DNA of 64,000 bases, from contig CAZUBM010000004.1 in NCBI GenBank assembly GCA_964618805.1, positions 32,001 through 96,000 on the forward strand. Direction: 5' to 3'. The translations under genes were made by a program, and so were the position numbers. Shown here piece after piece: positions 1-8,012 of the stretch. The stretch's first letter is position 1; each line of letters opens with the position of its first letter. This DNA comes from an uncultured Nitrososphaerota archaeon (GTDB lineage Archaea > Korarchaeota > Korarchaeia > Korarchaeales > Korarchaeaceae). The notes under the pieces are model-generated. The model searched no databases and was not told the DNA's origin. It saw only the letters and a list, made by a program, of their open reading frames with translations.

Positions 1-1121
1 GCTAATGCTATTTGAGTCCCTATTTCTGCATCTAGGCTGATGAACCACCTTAAGAAGGTACGCATTAAGTCCTTATCCAGGTTAAGAATCCAACGAGGCA
101 TTATCTTCCTTTTTTCCCTGCTGCAGGGTTGCAGGTCCAAATAAACAGATACAAATGTGCAAAAAGCTCTTGAATTGATGTTCCAATCCCTTTCGTTCTT
201 TTGCGTCAGCTCTATCCCAAATAATTGCTTGGAAATTTCTAAGAATTCTCTTAATAGCTTCACATTCTTAGACTGCGATACTGAGATAAAGTCAACAACG
301 CCTCTCTTTACTCGGCTGGATTGAATATGACCTTCGCTAAGGACAAAAGATATCCACTTAACAACTTCCTCAGTGACAGATTCTGGATATTTGAAGGTAT
401 CTATGCTTCCGTTCTCCAATAAGACGAAGAGCCTATTTCTCTCAATATCTTTAGGAAAGGCACGTTTCAAGACTTCGATGATAAGCTCTCTCCCATAACT
501 TGTTTCACCTCTGAAAAACTTCCATACGGTAGTTGTCCCGATGCCAGTTAATTTTGCAATTTTCGAATAGCTTAACCCACAGAAGACTCTTACCAAATTC
601 AATTCCTTATCGTTAAGAGACTGGAATCCAGATTTGGAGATTTTCTCCCTCAGTTGGACATAATCACTGTATGTCAACACCTTTTTGAAGTTCTTCCTCA
701 GCGTATCAATAGCTTTGCCTAGGGGAAGATCGATTTCTGGGCTCTGATAATCAATTCTCCTGATAACAGCTATCATGTCTCCAACTCTTAATTCCTTGGC
801 AGGAATCCATCTTCCAAAACCATCCGCTGTAGCCACCAACAAAGGATGATCTGGAGTGACTTTGATCTTCCGTCCTGCTTCTGTTTCTATGACCAAAATT
901 TCCCCTTGGTAATCTTGAGCAAATACAAAGGCAGGAATCTTAACAGTATTCGTTTCCTTTAATGAAAATACCCTAAGAGATGGAATGAAGTAAAGTTCTC
1001 CATCTTCAATGTAAGCCAAGAGTTTTCCCATGCTTTTTGCTTTAGAGATTATTTCTTCTCCTCTCACTAACTGTACTATTCCATTAAGCTCGATTAGAAT
1101 TTGCTGATCTGGTGTAATACA
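1..1121 (-). mobile_element. Intein in Lhr Walker A (partial), with LAGLIDADG-like endonuclease and an HTH insert
   Basis: SPTGSGK|CITPDQQILI start; block B GRKIKVTPDHPLL; LAGLIDADG-like ISFVLSEGHI and FLGGFISLDAEI. C-terminal end lies outside the window. Confidence 0.9.
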
Positions 1122-1301
1122 TTTTCCTGAGCCAGTAGGGCTTGAGATAAGGACATTCTTTCCTTCATGGATTGGGATTATGCCATACCTTTGGGGAGGA
1201 GTCAAGTCCTCGAAATTTAAGTCAAACCACTCGGAGACGAGTGGATCTAGCACAGAGAGCACTTCCTCCTTAGTGTACTGCCTAGTCGCCCTCCTTATCA
1301 A
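1..1301 (-). CDS. lhr: Lhr-family SF2 helicase, N-terminal part, intein-containing (runs off window start)
   Basis: Not in the ORF track. Manual translation from TTG at 1301 gives LIRRATRQYTKEEVLSVLDPLVSEWF...LTPPQRYGIIPIHEGKNVLISSPTGSGK (Q motif and Walker A typical of archaeal Lhr). Frame stays open to base 1. Confidence 0.88.
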   Translation of the reverse strand, partial: MIRRATRQYTKEEVLSVLDPLVSEWFDLNFEDLTPPQRYGIIPIHEGKNVLISSPTGSGKCITPDQQILIELNGIVQLVRGEEIISKAKSMGKLLAYIEDGELYFIPSLRVFSLKETNTVKIPAFVFAQDYQGEILVIETEAGRKIKVTPDHPLLVATADGFGRWIPAKELRVGDMIAVIRRIDYQSPEIDLPLGKAIDTLRKNFKKVLTYSDYVQLREKISKSGFQSLNDKELNLVRVFCGLSYSKIAKLTGIGTTTVWKFFRGETSYGRELIIEVLKRAFPKDIERNRLFVLLENGSIDTFKYPESVTEEVVKWISFVLSEGHIQSSRVKRGVVDFISVSQSKNVKLLREFLEISKQLFGIELTQKNERDWNINSRAFCTFVSVYLDLQPCSREKRKIMPRWILNLDKDLMRTFLRWFISLDAEIGTQIAL

Positions 1302-1342
1302 ACCAGATATCCTTGGCGTAGCGAATAAAAAAGTAAGACGGG

Positions 1343-4324
1343 TTACCTCAAAAGCTCAGATTCGTACCTCTTTAGGTATTCAACTGCATCAGAAACGTTT
1401 CTGAACAGAGATCTTACTTCCTCCACGTCCTTTGCCGATATTTTATCCCTTCCGTTTGCCCTAGCTCTAACTCCGGCTATGCTCAATATCTGGACAGCAT
1501 GCCTTAAAGATGTAGCTCCTCCTATCTCCTTGAGGAGGGCCAATGCCTCTTCATCAGCTTTGATATCCTCCTCCTTCATCCTTATCTTCAAGATCTCTTC
1601 TATTTCCTCTGGCTTATACTTCTCAGTAGTTATGATTACTAACCTGTCCAAGAGGTCAAGAGGAAGTCCGAAGGGGGCCTTCTCGTCGGTGCCCCTTATG
1701 GTCGTCACCCCCCTGTTAGTCGCCATAACTATTATTGGTACGAGCTCCCCTTCCATCGCCCTCGTAAGGAAGCTAAGGGCCTCTATGTCCATCATGTGGA
1801 TGTTATCTATGAAGAGCACTCCTGGAATTATCTCAGCTCTGCGTTGTTCCACCCATTCGTTAACTTGCTGATCTACAGCTGCCCTTATCTCTGGATCTAT
1901 CTCTTTCTCTGTAGTGCCTCCAAAGAGAAGGGAGAAGAACCCTCCTCCCCTTCTTTTCATGAACATCTCATCGAGGTCAGCAAGTGTTAGGGTGTAAACG
2001 AACTCTTTCTTCTTAAGAACGGGTCCGCTTGGTTTTGGAATTACCTCTGCCTCTCCTACATCATATCTCTTTCCAATGCTCTCAGATACGCCTACCTTAG
2101 ATATCCTTCCGGTATCAGCATCTATCTGGATGATGTCGCCCTCCCTTATCCCGTTCTGAACGACCGTGTAAGCAACGGACTGCCCTGCCTCAATCGTCTT
2201 CTTCTCATCTTTCGTCTCTAATGTTATCCTCACGCTTTCAGGGACCTTCTGATATGGATTATAGGGGTTTGATGTCCATCTGACGTGTATGTCGGTTACC
2301 TCTCCCTCGTAGATGTCCCTCATCTCCCTTATCCTTACTCCTATTGCCTGCCTCATAGCATCCATAAGCACGTCAGTCTTCTTCCTTTCTGCGCTGTATA
2401 TCTCAGAGCCAGTTATGGCTATGAAAGGCACGTCTCTTCCAAGCTCCCTTGCCATTGCTACAGCAATCGCAGTATTATGGACCACAATACCTCCAAATCC
2501 TGCTATGAACGTGGGGGATTCCTCATTTACGCACAAATCGTAAACATAGATTTGATGATCTGACTCTATCATGTGTACCTCCTTAACGTAGTCCCAGAAG
2601 ATGTCGGAGAAAGCTAGCTTATGAAGTACCTCGGAATTACCTATCTTGTTGTTCTTAACAACTCTTTGCAGCATTTTCCTGGAGATCCTTCTGAAGTTTC
2701 TGTTATTCGGAGACAACTCATATCTATATCCTCCCTTAGATCCATAGAACTCGCCTTTGCTCTTTTGAAGCTTCTTTCTCGCTATTTTAAGCCTTTTTCT
2801 CACTCCAGGGATGAAGTCCACGTTTGTAGAGCTCGCTCTTTTGTGAAGAGTTTCGAGTCTCTCCCTTCTCTTCTTTGTAAAGAATCCTATCTCCTCCCTA
2901 AACTTCTTAACGAATTCTCCTCCTGAAACCACAATTCTGTAGTAGATGCGCTTTTCTCCATTGACTGAGATCTCTCTTTTGCGAATCCTAGCTACTATAC
3001 CAAATCTCAGGAGCAAGTAAGCAAGTTTGTTTGCGATGTTTTCGCTTGAGGTATTAATCGATATCTCCTCGTCGCTGATGTCTGATTCTCCTTCACAGAA
3101 CGCCCTTAAGAATGCCCTTACACATTCGTCGTCACTCCTTAGGATGAAATTCGGTACGTCTTTGTAGCGTGCTCTCCTCCCAACGCTGTATCCTATTGCC
3201 TTAAGGTACTCAGCTAGGCTCCATGAATTTACCCTCACAGCTGGAGTCCTGTCATAAGTTATTCTATGAGTTCTAAGTTTGAACAACTTCCTTACTAGAT
3301 GCTCAAACCTCCTCAGCAGAGCTTCATCAGTGTTGTGGAATCTTACGGAATATATGCGTCTTTTTTCATCCACATATTCGTCGCACTCCGAAATAAGATA
3401 GCCGATGAACTCTGCAAGCTCTGGAGTTACGCTTGAAGGGGCCTCTATTGGAAGTGTCCTGCTATAAAGTGAATATCTGACTAGGAAGGGGTTTTCCAAG
3501 TTGTTAAGGCTTTCGAGGTAAGGCATGTCCTTGATGACCCATTTTCGCGCTGTTTCTGGACAAACTTCGAACTCTCTTGCTATTTCGCGATATGAAGCCC
3601 CACCATCCCGCAGAATAATTGCCCTTGCCCTCTGTGCTCTCCTACTCAAAATGTATCTAACAGATCTCTCACTATACTCTCTCACATCTTTCTTAAGCTG
3701 GAGGTTATTTGATGGACTAACTTGAACTCTCCTAGGAACGGCTATGTGGGAGCCCGCCTTGAGTTCTCTGGCCCTAACGAACCTGATCTCTCCGTCCTCT
3801 ATTGTCAGAAATGGATGCTCTCCTGTAACTGTTATGCTCCTTCCTGATCTCGTTACAACTTTGAATAAAGGTTCCTCCACCTTCTGTCTGTACACGTAGC
3901 TGATATCCTGATTTTCAAACGTAAGGGTGTTTAGATTCAAAGATATCACAGTTATCTTCTTGTTAGGTTTTACGAGAACCTCATTTTCGCTTAATTTCAC
4001 GGTTTCTCCATCTCTAATGGCTTCCTCAAATATCTTCTCTATCTCCATCAGTGAGCCATCGCCAAGAAGGACGGGAGTATCCTCAACTACACATTTTCCC
4101 GTTCCTGGAGGGCCAGCTAGTAAGACTGCCTTCCCCGCAAGCTTTCCCTCTTTGGCCATGTTAACTATGAGGCCTGCAGCTTCCCTTGCCCTTATCTGTC
4201 CGACCATTCCGTCAGCTACCCTAAGTGCCTTCATGTTCTCATCCAAACCGAGCCCTCTTATGTGGCTGTGGGCCCCTATTCTTCTGGAAATAACCCTGAC
4301 AGCTGATTCTCCTATGTCGGACAG
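1343..4324 (-). CDS. TIP49/RuvBL-family AAA+ ATPase, intein-containing (about 453 aa after splicing)
   Basis: IGAHSHIRGLGLD N-terminal signature lies upstream of the track start 4246; GMVGQ..AREAAG, GPPGTGK|T, PGVLFIDNIHM, ATNRG, PLDLLDRL. Likely start is CTG at 4324 after a GGGGTGA SD-like sequence. Confidence 0.93.
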   Translation of the reverse strand: MSDIGESAVRVISRRIGAHSHIRGLGLDENMKALRVADGMVGQIRAREAAGLIVNMAKEGKLAGKAVLLAGPPGTGKCVVEDTPVLLGDGSLMEIEKIFEEAIRDGETVKLSENEVLVKPNKKITVISLNLNTLTFENQDISYVYRQKVEEPLFKVVTRSGRSITVTGEHPFLTIEDGEIRFVRARELKAGSHIAVPRRVQVSPSNNLQLKKDVREYSERSVRYILSRRAQRARAIILRDGGASYREIAREFEVCPETARKWVIKDMPYLESLNNLENPFLVRYSLYSRTLPIEAPSSVTPELAEFIGYLISECDEYVDEKRRIYSVRFHNTDEALLRRFEHLVRKLFKLRTHRITYDRTPAVRVNSWSLAEYLKAIGYSVGRRARYKDVPNFILRSDDECVRAFLRAFCEGESDISDEEISINTSSENIANKLAYLLLRFGIVARIRKREISVNGEKRIYYRIVVSGGEFVKKFREEIGFFTKKRRERLETLHKRASSTNVDFIPGVRKRLKIARKKLQKSKGEFYGSKGGYRYELSPNNRNFRRISRKMLQRVVKNNKIGNSEVLHKLAFSDIFWDYVKEVHMIESDHQIYVYDLCVNEESPTFIAGFGGIVVHNTAIAVAMARELGRDVPFIAITGSEIYSAERKKTDVLMDAMRQAIGVRIREMRDIYEGEVTDIHVRWTSNPYNPYQKVPESVRITLETKDEKKTIEAGQSVAYTVVQNGIREGDIIQIDADTGRISKVGVSESIGKRYDVGEAEVIPKPSGPVLKKKEFVYTLTLADLDEMFMKRRGGGFFSLLFGGTTEKEIDPEIRAAVDQQVNEWVEQRRAEIIPGVLFIDNIHMMDIEALSFLTRAMEGELVPIIVMATNRGVTTIRGTDEKAPFGLPLDLLDRLVIITTEKYKPEEIEEILKIRMKEEDIKADEEALALLKEIGGATSLRHAVQILSIAGVRARANGRDKISAKDVEEVRSLFRNVSDAVEYLKRYESELLR
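2474..4093 (-). mobile_element. Intein (540 aa) in TIP49 Walker A
   Basis: GPPGTGK|CVVEDTPV...SGRSITVTGEHPF...YVYDLCV...GIVVHN|TAIAVA; LAGLIDADG-like LAEFIGYLISEC and FLRAFCEGES. Confidence 0.95.
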
Positions 4325-4392
4325 TTCAACTCACCCCCTTGCTCCAACACCAATTCTCCAATAAAGCTATTATGAGAAGTTGATCTGTCGCG

Positions 4393-4421
4393 TTTAAATA
4401 CGTTTTTGTTACTTTTGTTAC
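4393..4421 (+). promoter_or_regulatory. TATA box plus perfect tandem 9-bp direct repeat (candidate autoregulatory operator)
   Basis: TTTAAATA at 4393-4400, then TTTTGTTAC twice (4404-4412, 4413-4421), then ATG at 4426 (leaderless-type spacing). Confidence 0.6.
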
Positions 4422-4425
4422 CTAT

Positions 4426-5007
4426 ATGGATTATGAGGAACTTATTACTCCAAAGGAGGCAAGGGCAATACTAAGGGTTAGCAACAAGACTCTTTGGTCG
4501 TGGCATAAAAAAGGGATAGTCAGGGCCGTTAGACTCCCAAGTGGAAGATTGCGTTACTACAAGAGCGATATAGAAGCCATTGTAAGGGGGAAGAAGAGGG
4601 AAAATCTGTTAGAAAAGCTAAGAAATGCTCTTATGCATGAAGAAAACGTGTTAATAGCATATCTATACGGATCAAGAGCCAGGGGCGATTATCGTGAGGA
4701 AAGCGATGTAGACGTTGCCGTTCTAGTAAAGGATCCGCCAACTCCAGAGGAAAACCCATTCTATGAGACCGAGCTTTCGCTTAGGCTAAGTAAAGCAGTT
4801 GGAAAAGATGTAGAGGTCAGGCTCCTTAATGATAAGCCCCTGATTTTCCTTTGCCAAGTTCTAAAACATGGAAAACTAATAATTTCCAAGGATGAAAAGA
4901 CTAGAGTAAAATTTGAAGCTTCTACTTTGGACAGATGCTTTGATTTCAAGCCAATCCTCGATTCATATAACAGAATGAGAGAAAGGAGGATAGAGGCATG
5001 GAAATAG
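4426..5007 (+). CDS. HTH-fused MNT (minimal nucleotidyltransferase) antitoxin, MntA-like
   Basis: N-terminal MerR/excisionase-type HTH (LITPKEARAILRVSNKTLWSWHKKG..LPSGRLRY) plus GS-x10-DxD motif YGSRARGDYREESDVDVAV. Confidence 0.88.
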   Translation: MDYEELITPKEARAILRVSNKTLWSWHKKGIVRAVRLPSGRLRYYKSDIEAIVRGKKRENLLEKLRNALMHEENVLIAYLYGSRARGDYREESDVDVAVLVKDPPTPEENPFYETELSLRLSKAVGKDVEVRLLNDKPLIFLCQVLKHGKLIISKDEKTRVKFEASTLDRCFDFKPILDSYNRMRERRIEAWK

Positions 5008-5423
5008 ATAGAGAACTGATTCACCTCAGGATAGACTTAATTGAGAGAAACCTGAAGTTGTTGGAAGAGATAGCATCCGAGGGATACGAAAGTTTCGAGA
5101 GGAGTTACAGGGATATAATGGCATCCAAACACGCCTTGCTAGAGTCGATAGAAGCTTGTCTTGATATCGCTAACCACATAATAGCTGTAAGGGGATATAG
5201 AAGGCCCAAAGATTACGTTGATATATTCAAGATCTTAGAAGAAGAGAAGATAATAGACAAGGACCTTTCCGAAAGGCTACAAAGGATGGCCAAGTTCAGA
5301 AACATCTTAGTCCACAGATATACAGAGATAGAGACTCGTAAGCTTTATACCATAATGACTAAGGACGTCAAAGACATTGTTTCCTTCGTGAAGGCCATAC
5401 TTGAATTGATTAGAAGAAAGTAA
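4998..5423 (+). CDS. HEPN (DUF86/HepT-like) RNase toxin
   Basis: R-x4-H-x-Y motif FRNILVHRY; overlaps the MNT gene by 10 nt. Confidence 0.9.
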   Translation: MEIDRELIHLRIDLIERNLKLLEEIASEGYESFERSYRDIMASKHALLESIEACLDIANHIIAVRGYRRPKDYVDIFKILEEEKIIDKDLSERLQRMAKFRNILVHRYTEIETRKLYTIMTKDVKDIVSFVKAILELIRRK

Positions 5424-5542
5424 GCCCTTAAACCTGATTATGATCTCAAAAGCTTGCTGAGGGACCTCTTATCCGTTAACGAGTCTCTCAGATTTTCCGC
5501 ACATTTATAGCAAATACTGATCCAGAAAACGAGGAGAGGAAG

Positions 5543-6697
5543 GTGCCCGATCTTATGATAGGAAAGGATGAGTTCCAGAAAAGGGTTGGGAAGTTAAAGA
5601 AGTGGATGGAAAAGAAGGATGTAGACGCTTCTCTCTTCTTCCCAGGGTCAAACATGCTTTATCTTAGCGGAACGAAGAACGCAGGTTTGCTCGTAGTTCC
5701 AATCGATGGAGACCCATTCCTGTTGGCTAGGTACGCTTTTGGAGATGCTCTTGCAGAGGAGGAATCTCCTTTCGAACTGAAAGTGGTTAAACCCTATTAT
5801 GGAATTGAGAAAAAGCAAGTAAAAAGCGTTAACCTCCTAAAAGAGGCAAAGGAGGTTTTGGCCAGCCATAAAATTAGGGTAAAGAGGCTTGGTGTCGAGA
5901 AGTCTAGAGTTGCTTCTCTAAAAGAAGTGAGGAAGGTTTTCAGGGCAAAGAGGAGATCAGTTCCCCTTCTGGATGCTGGATCCTTTGTGGAAAACCTCAG
6001 AATGGTAAAGAGCAGCTTGGAAATAGATTTGATCAAGAAAAGCGCTGAAATATCTGCTAAAGCCCTAGAATACGTGGTAGATGACCTTAAGCCAGGGGTA
6101 ATGGAAAAGACAATAGCCAACAAGCTTGAGTTTCTTATGAGGGACTTGGGTGCATCTGATCTAGCCTTCCCGTCCATAGTTGCCTTTGGAGAAAACACGT
6201 TTAACGCCCATCATGTGCCTACTGTGAGGAAATTAAAGGAAGGGGATTTAGTGCTTTTCGATTGGGGAGCAAAGTTCTCTGGGTATTGCAGTGATACTAC
6301 AAGAACATTTGTCTATGGAAAACCAAGCAGTAAGATTGTTGAGAGGTTTGAGGCTGTTGCTGAAGCCCAGAACGAGGGATTAAATGCTGTAAAGGCTGGA
6401 GCTCCTTTTGAGGATCCAGATGTTGCTTCGAGAAAGGTATTGGAAAAGTACGGGTTGATCGAGGAGTTCGTTCATTCCTTAGGTCATGGTCTAGGGCTTG
6501 ATGTCCACGAGATGCCCAGACTACTCGTAGGGGCCAAGGGAAAGCTGAAGGAAGGCATGGTGGTGACCGTTGAGCCAGGAGTATACATAAAGGGGTGGGG
6601 AGGAATAAGGATAGAGGATACAGTTATTGTAAAAAAGAGAGAAGCTGAAGTGTTAACCACAGGAATTCCAAAAGAAATAGATTTCCTAAAGCGCTAA
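5543..6697 (+). CDS. pepQ: Xaa-Pro aminopeptidase/prolidase (M24B)
   Basis: DWGAKFSGYCSDTTRT, HSLGHGLGLDVHE, TVEPGVY..GGIRIED motifs. Confidence 0.9.
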   Translation: MPDLMIGKDEFQKRVGKLKKWMEKKDVDASLFFPGSNMLYLSGTKNAGLLVVPIDGDPFLLARYAFGDALAEEESPFELKVVKPYYGIEKKQVKSVNLLKEAKEVLASHKIRVKRLGVEKSRVASLKEVRKVFRAKRRSVPLLDAGSFVENLRMVKSSLEIDLIKKSAEISAKALEYVVDDLKPGVMEKTIANKLEFLMRDLGASDLAFPSIVAFGENTFNAHHVPTVRKLKEGDLVLFDWGAKFSGYCSDTTRTFVYGKPSSKIVERFEAVAEAQNEGLNAVKAGAPFEDPDVASRKVLEKYGLIEEFVHSLGHGLGLDVHEMPRLLVGAKGKLKEGMVVTVEPGVYIKGWGGIRIEDTVIVKKREAEVLTTGIPKEIDFLKR

Positions 6698-6748
6698 CAT
6701 GTTGATTGAAGTTAGAGAGAAGCCAGCATTTCCTTCCATCAAAACACT

Positions 6749-7323
6749 TTATAGATCTCCGAACCATAATGGTGTGACGTTTGTAGCTATCCACATCATA
6801 ATCTCAGCGAACTCCTTAAGCACCTCTTCAGCTCCTTCTTGAGGGGGAAGGTCAGGGTACGCGTCCTCTCTAGCTGGATGTAAGGTCAGGTGATTAAACA
6901 TTATGCTTCCAGAGTCGTCTCTAACCCCTATTACATGTCCTTTATACCTGAATAGGTAAAAGAACCATGTTTCATGTATATCAAGTATTCTAATGGGAGG
7001 ATAACCGAACATGTGGATCATCTTAAAAAAATCTTGGAAGCAAAGAGGGCATATCGTACGCAATATAAGGATCCTTTTCAACACCTAGATCCATTTTTCT
7101 CCTTTAACTCCTTCAGATATGCCTCTCCTAATGGTTCTACTTGCTCTAGGAACTCTTTAATCCGTTTGCCTAAGATTTCTGTGATATCATCATAAAGTTC
7201 TTTTAAGTGCTCTAAATACGATAATAACATGCCCTTGTTGTACCACGGATTCTTTTCCATTTCTTTAGCCATCTTTATATCTTCAAGCATCCATTCAATA
7301 AGAGATCCTCTCAAGGCAATCAC
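6749..7323 (-). pseudogene. Hypothetical gene, apparently split by two homopolymer frameshifts (or two small hypothetical CDSs)
   Basis: ORFs 7078-7323 and 6749-7084 join into one frame by removing one base from an A5 run (7094-7098) and one from a T7 run (7025-7031), both read on the minus strand. Confidence 0.4.
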
Positions 7324-7464
7324 CTCGAATGAGCTTGTCCCTGTTCACATTAATCACTAAAGCCATGTTAAAAAGGCCATTTATAGGAAAAAAGAATTGT
7401 ATTGGAAGCAGAAATAAGTATAATTCATAAATCTTCCGCTTAAGTTTCTGGGCTTCTGACATAG

Positions 7465-7962
7465 TTAATCAAAGCTGATGCCCATCTTGTTTAACGCAAC
7501 ATATACGACGTTTGAGAAAACTATGCCTGAGACTGCTTGGATCACGTTACCAGGTAACTCGACCGCAGCAGCCCCTACTCCGTACAAGTATGACTCGACA
7601 AGGAAATAGCCGATTACCATCTCGAAGGCTCCTAAGCAAGTCCCTATCAAGATGAAGAACTTCTTTCTCTTGGATATCTCACCGGCTATAGCCCCTTCTA
7701 TCCCCTTGATGATAAGCGTCCAAGGAGCCCAGTGAGGATAGCCCCCCATGATATCCGCTAGGGCAGAGCCTATTCCACCAGCCGCTCCTCCGACGACCGG
7801 CCCAAGAAGGATCGCAAACAAGAGGACCATGGTGTCGCCCAAGTTAATATAACCCCTTGTTGGGGCTATGGGCACTCTAATCATCAAAGTGGCGACAGCA
7901 ACCAGAGCTGCTCCAACTGCTAGGCCAGCTGCCTTCTTAGAAGTATCCTGCTGCATTGTCAA
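7465..7962 (-). CDS. ECF transporter S component
   Basis: IRVPIAPTRGYINLGD..GPVVGGAAGGIGSALADIMGGYPHWAPWTLIIKG signature; hydrophobic helices. Confidence 0.88.
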   Translation of the reverse strand: MTMQQDTSKKAAGLAVGAALVAVATLMIRVPIAPTRGYINLGDTMVLLFAILLGPVVGGAAGGIGSALADIMGGYPHWAPWTLIIKGIEGAIAGEISKRKKFFILIGTCLGAFEMVIGYFLVESYLYGVGAAAVELPGNVIQAVSGIVFSNVVYVALNKMGISFD

Positions 7963-8012
7963 TATAACTTAGTTTTTACTTATATGTCAGTATGGTAGAT
8001 TGAATATTTGAT

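Noticed and set aside
4426-4600. IS607 transposon
   Set aside because: Only the HTH is present; there is no serine recombinase catalytic domain and no tnpB.
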